Positions 48,901 through 60,411 of a stretch of DNA of 64,000 nucleotides are shown in pieces. Source of the stretch: Antedon mediterranea (taxonomy: Eukaryota; Animalia; Echinodermata); NCBI RefSeq assembly GCF_964355755.1, contig NC_092679.1:16599432-16663431 (forward strand), written 5' to 3'. Numbering within the stretch: position 1 is the first letter of the stretch; each line of letters begins with the position of its first letter. A program made the translations under genes and the position numbers. A model generated the notes under the pieces. The model had not been told where the DNA came from and did no database searches. It worked only from the letters and a program-made list of their open reading frames with translations.

Positions 48901-51900
48901 CAGCACACTGCTGGGAGACTATCCCATACTCTCTACCAAGTTCTTAATACATAAACCATAGTGTGAGGAAATTATATTAAAGTACTGTATCTTGCCTAGG
49001 ATCCAAGCAGCAGGCAACAGGTCTTAAACCCATGCCTCTCACATACTCGGTGATGTAGTCACAAGAAATGGTGGTTCGGTTTTCGCAAGAAAAGGGAACA
49101 ATCTCTGTTCAAGCCTCTGGGTTGTCAAAGGCCTCTGTGAATAAGTGGTCAGGTTGAAACCTTGCAAACTGGTGTCTCTACGGCCATGATACTACTACTG
49201 CAGTCCAAGATACATACATTTACATATGGTTTTTATTTTGCATTTCTCTAAACAGACCTGAAAAATTTCAAGAATTGCATGATAAAATGCAAGAGGAGAA
49301 TTATAAGAAATATAAAGTATCATTCTTGCCCTCGATCTCTCTTGTAAACTCTCTGCCAGTCCGCCCTGGATCTTGCTATCGTCTAGCTTCAACTGTCAAA
49401 GACTGGAGTACTATTTCTAAAGCTGGGCGAACTGTGCAGGATGAGGTGCAGCCAGGCCAAGTTGAGGACTTATCACCTAGGAGCATAGTAAGACCAATGT
49501 CAGCAAGATTCAAGATTGGCCTAGAAAATGATCGAGAAGCTGGACGGCCATTCCAGAAATACCTTGAAAGGTGGGTGATAATGAATATGCCTTAAAAAAA
49601 ATTGCCTTTATTTTATTCATCATTGTAATATACTGTGCAAAAGTGTAATAATTAAATTTCTCTTCTTTTAGCAGAAATGCACAAACATTTAATAAATGAT
49701 CATTTGATTTGATTTGATTTGATTGATTATTTGCACACTACAGACTATTTCATGAAAGTTATTCATAGAATACATTTTTCAATTCCTTTTTTTAATTTTA
49801 GACAAAGTGACGTAAGATTATTAGCCAACTTACTGTTTTTGCAAGATGTCACTGACTATGGAGAAGCGGAGGAAAGATCAGCTGATAGATTACTTAGGAT
49901 GAGTCAAGCCTGGCTTATCTTCAACAAGTACATCATTGACGGCTCAGTGTGGGATTTAGGTAGGCTTAAGTCGTGAATGTTGAGTGGTGACTGATATGTC
50001 ACTCAGGGATATTAGGTCTATACATCTACTGCCCTATTTACAATAATTTTCAATCATGGGGATATAGGATGACCCACTAGATTTTGTTATAAATTTTTTA
50101 GTATAATTTGGAGGTGATATAAAAATAATAATAATAATTACCATATTTGTAGCATCCCTTTTTATGAATAATCATGCTCAAAGGCGCTTTACATTATTAC
50201 CCCGGTTATTTTTTGCATCAAAATGTATGGAAACATATTCCCATAATGCAGCTAGTAATCAACGCAAAGTTGTGTCTTGATCTAACCGGTTACCCATTTT
50301 ATATACCTGGGTGGAGAAAGGCAAATGTAAGTAAAGTGTCTTGCCTAAGGATACAAGCAATGCGGCGAGAGTTGGATTCGAACCACAGTCTCACAATCAG
50401 TAATCCAACGTCCAACACTGCGCCACACAGAGTGAATGTTAAAGGCATGTAATTGTACCGTAATATTAAGTAGTTTGTTTTATTACTTAATATTTACTAA
50501 AATACAGTATATGATTTAAAAAAAGGTAAAAACGAATTAATTTTACAATTTTTTTTAGATTTGAATTCTTCTGAACGGAATAAACTCCATCACAAACTTC
50601 TGACAGCCAGTGATTTTGTTGCGGTGAAAGCCTTTGAGAAGATTAAAGAAAAAGTGATGAAAAAATTACACCGGGAATGGCTCCGATATCTTCATCAAGA
50701 TCTCAAGACATTTTTAGAGTAATTATCACTTAAATTATTGTTATGTCCATTACACTGTTTTTTTCTTTAATAATGAAAACGTTCTTAACCTTTTCTTTTA
50801 TTTGCAATTTTGACATCTGTTTTTCTTTTTAATTTAAAGAAAATAAGAAACTTATTAAAATCTTCATTAAGCCGCCATCAGTTGTATAACTTTAATTTTT
50901 AACGTCATTTTTTTCAGATGTAGAGCAAGACAAGAAGATTTGCTAACTCAATCACGTAGTTCGAGTGATAATTCAACCAGTTCACCAGATGAGTTCACAG
51001 GAAAGACACCATTAAAACCAATAAAACCAAGGGACAGAAGAACACATAAGACAAATAGGTACGGTAGTAGTCACATTTGTTATTTAATATTCAATATCAC
51101 CAATAAAACCAGGGGACAGAAGAACACATAAGACAAATAGGTACAGTAGTAGTCACATTTGTTATTTAATATTCAATATCACCAATAAAACCAGGGGACA
51201 GAAGAACACATAAGACAAATAGGTACGGTAGTAGTCACATTTGTTATTTAATATTCAATATCACCAATAAAACCAGGGGACAGAAGAACACATAAGACAA
51301 ATAGGTACGGTAGTAGTCACATTTGTTATTTAATATTCAATATCACCAATAAAACCAGGGGACAGAAGAACACATAAGACAAATAGGTACGGTAGTAGTC
51401 ACATTTGTTATTTAATATTCAATATCACCAATAAAACCAGGGGACAGAAGAACACATAAGACAAATAGGTACGGTAGTAGTCACATTTGTTATTAAATAT
51501 TCAATATCACCAATAAAACCAGAGGACAGAAGAACACATAAGACAAATAGGTACGGTAGTAGTCACATTTGTTATTTAATATTCAATATCACCAATAAAA
51601 CCAGGGGACAGAAGAACACATAAGACAAATAGGTACGGTAGTAGTCACATTTGTTATTTAATATTCAATATCACCAATAAAACCAGGGGACAGAAGAATA
51701 CATAAGACAAATAGGTACGGTAGTAGTCACATTTGTTATTTAATATTCAATATCACCTATTGTAATTTCATAATCTTGTAATGTGAAACTATATAAAAAT
51801 ATCTTGTAGATGGAGGGTTAAGGATGAAAATTGTTGTTATAAGCTTCTCCTTCATAGTTACAGGCTTGTTTCTCAACTTAATCCTTTGTTTAACCTCTAT

Positions 51901-54900
51901 GTGATACACATGATAGACTTAAGCTCTGTCTATACTATTAAACTTTATGTGACAAAAAAATTTGATTTGTCCATATATGGATGTGATGATGTCATATCAC
52001 TACCATGGGCACACCAAACTAGTTTGATAGAGTAGACAGAGCTTTATACATTCTGTAGTTTATGTATCTTAATTGAATATATACAACAATATAGTTTAGA
52101 ATTACTTAATGCTAACAGTTTTTCATCTTGTATTTTCAATATCCATTCTAATATTTGTTCATTTCCTAAACTATACTTTTGCTTTGTATGCATTCATTAG
52201 CTTGACTGACATAGATGTCAATGAAAAATGTGAAGAGACTGACCTTGATACCAGGTGACATACCCATCATGATTTGCTTTATCAATATTATTCTTGTCTT
52301 GTTTCTATATATTCTTGGTTCTATTATATTTAGTTATGTATATTCATAACGTTAATTAACGTATGTAGTATGTCTATTTAAATTGATACTGTAGAGGCAT
52401 AAAAATAGGTGTTAGATTTATAAACATTCACAATTAGGGTCATATCCAGATTTCAGTTTTAACCTTTAAACTTTGCTTTTGGCTGAATCTTCTTGTTTAA
52501 ACATTTTAACCTACTCTACAATATTGTTGAAAATAAATTGTTCCCCAAAAACATGAAAAAGATTAAGTAAAAAATACTTTGAATAGTTTTATTAAAGTTA
52601 ATCACTCTCATAGAAAAAAAAAATGTTTTCACTTAAAAAGATGGTTAAATCCAATTAAAAACCCATTCCAGTAAATTTGAAAAATTACATTTTTTTTTTT
52701 TTTTCAATCTAATTTTTGGTCAAAGTGAATAACTATTATGTGGCATTAAATTTGCATATTCAACAAAATATAAAAAAAAACTATTATTTTTTCTGGGACA
52801 ATAAATTGTATTATTTATCAATATCTCATAATCTTATTTTAGTTTTATTTGATTTATATGTGTGTTTATTGATTTATAATACTTTAGCTATCCAAACAAA
52901 AAGTCTAAACAGAGAGGCAAAAAAGTTGAGCTGAGTCCAGAAGAAAAGAAAAAGGCCGCAGAGAGAAGGAAAAGGCAGAAAGCTGAACAAAAGAAATTAG
53001 TAAGAAAAGTGAAAGCAAGAGAGAAAAGCCAGAAAAAGAAAATAAGAAATGATGTAAAAGGAAGCGTTAAATTCAAGACACCCCAGGATGAAAAGAAGGA
53101 AAAAGAAAAGAAAGCAGAAGAAGTACAAAACACGATGGAAGAGTTATCAAAAGATGTAACATTTAAAAAGGTTTCGAGAAACAAATCGTAAGTCAAATTG
53201 GTATTTGTTATCTTAAAAATCTACAGGACTTATGGAAAGAAGTGGATTGAAATTATTATAGGAATATTGGAGAAGGGTCTAAAAAACGTAAATTGTGTAT
53301 ACAGTTTCTGCTGTGTTCTCATCTTTTGCTTTGATTACTTCCTCCCATATTATAATACTACTGTAGATACTCCGGCTTATGGCCGTTTTAGCCGTCTAAA
53401 CAATATTTTACAATGTGCCTATACTGTACCCTTTGAACATAAATCTACCCTTAGAAATTCTTCCTAAGATACCTAGGCTAGGCTTAAGTGGGATAATGAT
53501 GATGAATTTGTTGATTTTTAATCTGCCAAAAAAAGTGTGATGTTCCCAAATGTGGTAGTGATATGACATCACATTTTTTATCACATGAAGTTTGATAGTG
53601 TAGACAAAGCTTTTGAATATTCTGTATCACAAATGTGACAAAGTTAGATTCATTGGATAGACATTTTTATATTACAGATTAATGGGCTTATTCAAGTCAT
53701 ACCTGCAAGATGCTGAGAATCGTGAACGAGTCAATGAGTTTAATATGTTTATTGATACTGATGTCTATATAAGGCTTCCAGAATCTCACGGAGAAAAGAA
53801 AATAAGTCAAGGAAGAATGGTCATGTCTAGCTACTTTGATCCAGCCTCTAAACGGTATGTTTAAAGATATATATCTATATATATTCGATTGCAGACTTTA
53901 AGTATTTGTTTCTCTGTGGAGTATTTAGTTAACAATATGTTAAATTTATAGTTCTGGTCCTCAATCTTAACTGGAAACTGAAGAATTTTGGATTAAGTTT
54001 TAGTACACAACAAACAAAGCTTCTGTCAATCATTATCATTTAATAAAAATAAACAAATATTCTGTTTAGAACAGAGGTTTCCCAAGCAAATACACCATAC
54101 TGTATATTAATGTACGCCATTCATTTTAATTCTGGTGACGTGTTTGTTTAGGTTTGTTTCACTCCCACAAGATGTGACAGAGAAGCTGTCTTCAGAAGGC
54201 AATAAACCAACAGTGAAGACGCTAGAACTTGCCCAGAAATCTGTCCTACCAAAGCTTGAGAACAGTTTCCATGTATTTTGGAGTGTAAGTACAAAATTTT
54301 AAAGTGAGGTGCCACTTAACCACGTAACTGTCATGTACAAAAGTCATTCTATACATACTCATTTGTTCAGAATGGTTTTACTGCTGTGTCATCTTGAAAA
54401 CTGTTAAGCATCCTATTCAATTGCACTGATCAATCCTGACTGTTCTCCCAGAGTGGCTAGTGTACAACTCCCAAGACAGTTAACAAACCATCTGGTAGTG
54501 TAGGCTTGGTGGTCTAGAGGTTTGAACACCAGGCAAATGTTCTAGAGGTCATGGGTTCGAATCCCACCTGAGAATTACTTATTCTCAATGTACTGTACTT
54601 GGTATTAAGTACTAAATTATGTTTAGATTAGAACCAACATCTGACCAATTATTCAACTCCGTTCTGCAAAGATACTCCTCATGGAGTCGTAAATTACAAA
54701 TATCATCCAATTAACAAACCAATATACAAAATAACCATCACTCACCTACCATTTGATGATGCTGCCCATAAAAGCTACCACCTCCTACATGGATTGTTTA
54801 TTGTTATCATAAGCGCATTCACATTTCCTTTTCATTTGCAATCATTTCTCCACTCATTTCTAGGCTCATGTCAATTCACTTGAAGAGCAGGGAATTTTCA

Positions 54901-57900
54901 TTGGTGGAGACCTATCCAAGGCTGAGTTAGCCATGAGGTCTGAAAGCTCACAAAGCTTAATGGTAGCCTGGAAAAAGAAACGAAAAATGGGACGAGGCAC
55001 AGTAAGTTAATAGACCCTCTCAAATACAGTGTTCATTCTGCAGGCTATGGGAGTCATTTTACAAGCCCCCATTCGCCTGCTGTGCGGTGTCTTAATTTCA
55101 CTGTCTGCCATGCTGGCTAGGCTGATCGTACCTTTTTTAGATAAGATTTAACAGTAAAATACTGCTTGTTCAGTGTGCAATTCAGACTAATCTTGTATTG
55201 CAAAGAGCGCCACTGCCATCATGTTCCACGTCTTGTGAATGATAATAAAAGATCATACATGCCAACATCTGAAAAAAAACAAAACGGGAGGTGGTGTTGT
55301 TTTAGCTCAAAACGCCCTTTATCTATTTTCGAGAATGTAAGAAGTGCAGTGTGTGACGTCATAAGCGGTATCCCGTGGTGGCTATGTGAGGGGAATCCTT
55401 TCTGTAAAAAAAAAATTATGACTGCAGATGCTCGTACAATGGCTTAAATATGTAAATTTGCTCGTATGTAAGCCTTTTTGTTGTATTTTAATGTAGAAAA
55501 TATGTACATAAACATTCAGATGTCTTTGTAATCCAGGAGAAAAGATGCCAAAACAGGAGAACAATGTTAGGCTGGGAGACAAGTCTAAAATATGGGAGTC
55601 TCCAAGCCTAAACGGGAGTGTTGGCATGTATGAAAGATACGGACTAAATAACTTTTGTTACTCTACACATATTTAATCATCTCTTAACATATCGCCCTCA
55701 GTTGAGACTTACACGATATTTTAACAATAAGCATATACATAAATTTGCTTTTCATTTGCATATTTTGTTATCAATCATGTTTTCTTATAGCAATCTGGAC
55801 AGCATATGCCATCACCTCAAGACAAAAATGAATTCATATCATTCCTAATGCAACTCTCTCGTGGACTGCCACCTTTGAAGATGATGCACTTCCATCGATA
55901 CCTCATTGAACACGGTGAGCGAGACGGTTTTCCGCTCATGGCAAATGATCTACGGTTCTACATGGAGGCGCAACGATTCAAGGATGCGTACAACGGGGAC
56001 ACAGAGTTGATGATGTTGAAGAGGAAAGTTGAGGTTATTCAGGATTGCTTTTTTGAATCAGCTACTGGAGCAACTGGTGTCCAGGTATAAAACACCTCTA
56101 ACCTGTCTAAAAAGTAGTAGTAGTGTAGGCCTGTAACAGTAAAACAAACAAAAATTATAAATGCTTGTCTTCCTAAAGCTATATCTATACAATCAAACTT
56201 TATGTGACAAAAAAATGTGATGTGATGTCTATATATGGACATGATGATGTCATATCACTACCATATTTGGACATATCTCTACCCTATTGGTAGTTTGACA
56301 GTTTATGTGTTGTAAATTGAGTTTACAGCAACATTGCTGGTGTTTTGATCCTATAATTATCTTTATACAATCAATTACTAAAACTAGATGTAATTATTTA
56401 TGCATTTGAGTAAATTTAAAGTACAGGTATAGTGTAAATTAATAAATAAAACATATAAAAAACTTTCAGATTGATGTGAGCCAAGAATTAGCAACAAAGG
56501 TTATCAAAATGATAGATAACTTTCTAAAGGATCGTGGGAAAGATCCACATCCTGGTAACTTGTTTGAGGAATGTCAACATGCCGTCTTCAAGGAACTCTT
56601 ACCCTATTGGGCTGGATTTAATCGACGTTACACAGGATCACTTTTAGAAAACAGAGTACCAGGTAAGAATTTTATGAATGTTCATGCTAAGCTTGGTTCC
56701 TAGCGACGCAACGTAACGCAATCAAGCAACATAAGAAAATGCCCTTCTAATAATTGTGTTTGCCCCTGCCTGTGTGAAATTAAACCTGCGATGTTTGCAG
56801 CACTATTGCATCGTCGGTTCCCACTTGTGATTACGCAATACAGCACTTTGCGTCAATACGTCGCTGCATTGCGTTCTAGTGGTAAACCACACGTTGAAGT
56901 TTTCCTGCAGGTATAAAGTTTCTAGTGTCTACTATAGAATATAAAACTTTGCAACAACCTTGATAATAATCCCTACTTATTTTTCGTCTTTGGTAAAGGA
57001 GAATTTCATTGAGGTACCTTTAATTTATCTGTAGCTGTAGATTAGTGGTTAACGTGCTTGCCTTCCAATCCCTGGGTCCAGGGTTCAATCCTGACTTAGT
57101 GCCAGGGTTGTTACTTGCGACTCTTTCAACTCCACTCCCTAAGAGACTGTTTATAAGCACAATCAATTATGAAATAAAATAGTTTATCCATCCTGTAATT
57201 GGAAAGTTCTCACTGTTGGATGCGTATGATATAAAAAAAAAAACTCCTGTAGAAATGACAGATAACAGATTCCCAAAGTATTTTTTCACAATTATGGATG
57301 ATTTAAAGAAAAAGAATAATAAATTATTATAAACTATTTTCTATTTTGCTCATTTGTTAAGCAACCAAAATGGAGCGTTTAACACGAGAACGTCTGAAGA
57401 AATTCATAGAGATGGACACACCCCAGAAAGACTTCTCTCTACCAGCCATTGCAGCACCTCAAAGTCGAAGTGGAGGAACTTGTATCTCTTTCACGATTAG
57501 TGATGGCATACAGTGGAAGGTACATTATTTTAATATGAAAAAGACTCCTTTTACACTTAAAATTTAGTCCTGGGCCGCTCCAGAGTTGGGTCAAGATTTA
57601 ATTATTCTGATCCAGCGTGTTTACATTCATTTATTGTACTTTATTTTCTCAAGCCCACAGTCAGCCTATCGTAAGTGTAAAGGGGTCTAAATTATCTGTT
57701 TTAGTATGCTCCTGAGAGATGAAAAAGTATTAAGTAGTTTTATGTATTAAACAATGATATAAAATTATATATCATTTGAGCTGATATATCCTCCATACTT
57801 GGAAGATGGTCACATGGTATAGCATAGTTAGGAACAAATAATTTACACAGTATTAACATCTAAATTTACATACTGTATGCAAATTGTTAAAACAATTTAA

Positions 57901-58110
57901 ATTTTGCAGGTGTATGAATATGCAGATGGAGCCAGCTCACATGATGGAGGGGCGTCACCTGCCAATCTGAGTCATATAGCAGGTTCGATAGAATCCATCA
58001 ATACATCCGGAACCAATGAGAAGCAAGGACGTAGAAATCGTACTGGCAGTATCCTCGGAGAAGTCAGGTCAAGAATTGCTGGCTCACAAAAGGTTAATGT
58101 GTCCTCATAG
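42948..58110 (+). CDS. RGS22: Regulator of G-protein signaling 22-like protein (multiple divergent RGS-homology domains), about 1283 aa
   Basis: Exons 42948-42954, 44281-44369, 44958-45139, 45471-45745, 46001-46171, 46599-46737, 47207-47438, 48027-48175, 48519-48704, 49256-49570, 49802-49959, 50559-50718, 50918-51058, 52201-52254, 52888-53187, 53678-53854, 54152-54284, 54864-55001, 55791-56084, 56470-56662, 57362-57519, 57910-58110 (3852 nt, frame consistent). ENFDALLAYDDVFLDYFNAFLQLP, ERLPLF..FLEYKLCKL, FKSFLVGTAGENLLNFWLDCE, VFKELLPYWAGF and ISFTISDGIQW resemble RGS22. Could be a paralog; the 7 nt first exon is the least certain. Confidence 0.8.
50126..50432 (-). mobile_element. Full-length tRNA-derived SINE with CORE-like body and L2-type tail
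   Basis: Minus strand: A box TGGCGCAGTG, B box GGTTCGAATCC, TCCTTAGGCAAGACACTTTAC body, GTAAAGCGCCTTTGAG and (TAT)n tail. Confidence 0.85.
51017..51757 (+). repeat. Minisatellite, 82 bp x 9, spanning an exon end and its 5' splice site
   Basis: ACAAATAG|GTAC(G/A)G donors at 51059, 51141, 51223, 51305, 51387, 51469, 51551, 51633 and 51715. Confidence 0.97.
57031..57243 (+). mobile_element. tRNA(Gly-like)-derived SINE with poly(A) tail
   Basis: TAGATTAGTGGTTAAC A box, TTGCCTTCCAATC anticodon-arm-like segment, GGTTCAATCC B box, A-run at 3' end; other copies at 10240 and ~22500. Confidence 0.8.
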
Positions 58111-58427
58111 TTTTCATATTACCGTATATGTTTAGTAGATGCCAGTATATTGTTAAATATACACAAGGCGTCTACTGCAAATTGAAACGTATGAAGACAC
58201 CACATGTGTTTTTAATGTATACACCAATTTCAAAGTTTTATTAGTATAGGTGTATTGCCATGAGTTTCTCAAAGAAAATTACTCTTCCAAGGCCAATTTG
58301 AGCTGCCGGCAAAAAAAAGTTGGAAAGGCTCATATCATGTTCTAATAATAGGTGATTCGTTCAGGCATAACATATTCACAAGATGCTCTTCAGTGGAGTT
58401 CCAACTGCAGGAGAAGGATGATTAGAA

Positions 58428-58621
58428 CAGTGGTGTAATGGCTATGAGTGGTCACTGGCTAAACTTAGGGGCCTCAGAGCTTATTGGGCCCTGAGCAGTG
58501 CCCTGAAGAAAAAACAGACATTGAAATATGTCGAAAAAGGCTAAAAACATCTGAGGCCTCCAGCGTTGGAGGGCCACTTAGAGTTCCTAAACCAGGGGCC
58601 TCAAACTGTGTTACGCCACTG
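58428..58621. mobile_element. hAT-like MITE downstream of the RGS22-like stop codon
   Basis: TIRs CAGTGGTGTAA / TTACGCCACTG; 8 bp flanks GATTAGAA and GATTTGAA (one mismatch). Confidence 0.75.
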
Positions 58622-59974
58622 GATTTGAACTCATGATTATCAGGCAATCAAAAGAACACTACCTACAAACTACACTAAAAAAACACCAAGCAGTATTCTC
58701 TTGAAGAATAATACTGCAAAAGAGACTAAAAAGTGTGAAATAGTCTTAATTGAAATTAGCATAAGCACTGCTTAAGGAAGAAGACACATTGTGCAAACGG
58801 CTGAATTTATTGCTGAATTAATGGATGCAGTCAAATCTAGTCTGAAGTGATGGAGAGGTGGTTAAATCTTCCGTTTTCTATACGTTATGTGTACTGTAAT
58901 TGTTTAATAATCTTCACACTTTTGGAGGTTTAAATCAAACAGAAAAGTTTTGTGCGCTAGTATTTATTATAAAGTGTCCAAGGCATAACTGCATGATGTG
59001 CATTTTCCAGGAATAAAATTCTATTTTTTTTAAAGGAGTTTATATCTTCAGGGAAACAATTTAAAGCTCTGTCTACACTATAAAACTTTGACAAAAAATG
59101 TGATGTGCCCATACTGTATTATGATGTCATATCACTAAAATATATTTATCACTACCATGTTTGGGCACATCACACTTTTTAGATAGAGCTTTAGTCTCAT
59201 GGCTTCCATTTTGGTGGATAATTGTCACTTTTGATTTCACTTTTAAACCATGACTAAAACTTCCAATTTATGTTTATTATTGCCTCTCTGTGTGAATAAC
59301 ACTGTGCTGCTAACTAATGGTATATTGCTATTTTTATAAAGTGCAATTTATTTTTACCAAAACGTGTTAAAATTATTCTTAATCTTTTTATATTATTATT
59401 ATTCTTATATATTCTGCATGGTAAAATGCTCAATACAAATATTGCGCAATTATGCTAGATTAAATTACACAATTACAAACTTAAGTAAAGTATTAGAAGC
59501 TAAATTATGGATATTTTAATAACAATTTATGAGGCTTATTAATTCTGAATGATGTGCTAAGCTTTGTATATAAATCACAATTATTGTATGAAATGAATTT
59601 GACTAAAAATAAAGTATTTATTTATAAATGTTTGTGTGTTTTGGTATCGTACAACTAAATAAGTTATCATTTGAAACCATATTATAAATGGATGGATCTC
59701 AACCACGGAATATTACAGTACTTTTTCGTTCAGCAACTGTGGGGAATTACAACAGGGACATTTGGTATTGTACATTAATTAGTTCCTATTCATCCCATTG
59801 GGACATAAGGTTGTGGTTTCCATATACAAAATGATTAGCACCAGGGGCTGAAATGGACCAGGACCTCGGGGTAATCCTTACTCTTTCCAAAAGGTCCACT
59901 AGTTTATTGTAAGTGGACCAGCACTATAGTGCCTTGAACCTGTGCCAATATTGTGGCTATGAAATGCAGTTTTT

Positions 59975-60236
59975 AGCTCTGTCTACACTATCAAACTAGT
60001 TTGACAAAAAAAAAGTGTGATGTGTCCATATATGGCAGTGATATGCCACATCACATTTTCTTATCACATTTTCTTTTGATAGTGTGACAGAGCTTTAGGA
60101 AGACAATCATTTAGAAATTCTTTTTTTTCGCTGTAGGCCCACACTACTACTACTTTTTAGACAGGTTATAAGGGTTTCATACCTGGACACCAGTTGCTCC
60201 AGTAGCCGATTCAAAAAAGCAATCCTGAATAACCTG
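59975..60236 (-). repeat. Inverted partial duplicate of RGS22-like exon 19 3' end plus following intron and MITE
   Basis: Reverse complement reads AGGTTATTCAGGATTGCTTTTTTGAATCGGCTACTGGAGCAACTGGTGTCCAG|GTATG..AACCTGTCTAAAAAGTAGTAGTAGTGT..TTGTCTTCCTAAAGCT, matching 56032-56180. Confidence 0.92.
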
Positions 60237-60411
60237 CAACTCAATTTATTCAATATTGTACCTATTCAATTATATATTCTTTTATTTTTTTAGATTAGAA
60301 ATGTTTGTAGAAGTCGTGATAGTAACTAAAGATTTGAAAGTTGTTTTTAATGTTTATTTGCACATTTAATTTCATTCTAAACACAATAATTGTTATTGTA
60401 TATTATATATA

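Noticed and set aside
51017-51757. Regularly spaced repeats as a CRISPR array (also 33257-33445 and 34558-34813)
   Set aside because: No unique spacers, eukaryotic intron context and no cas genes; these are head-to-tail minisatellites.
54498-54572. tRNA gene (also tRNA-like segments at 30557, 50360 and 57031)
   Set aside because: A and B boxes are present but I could not fold a proper cloverleaf; they are best explained as SINE heads.
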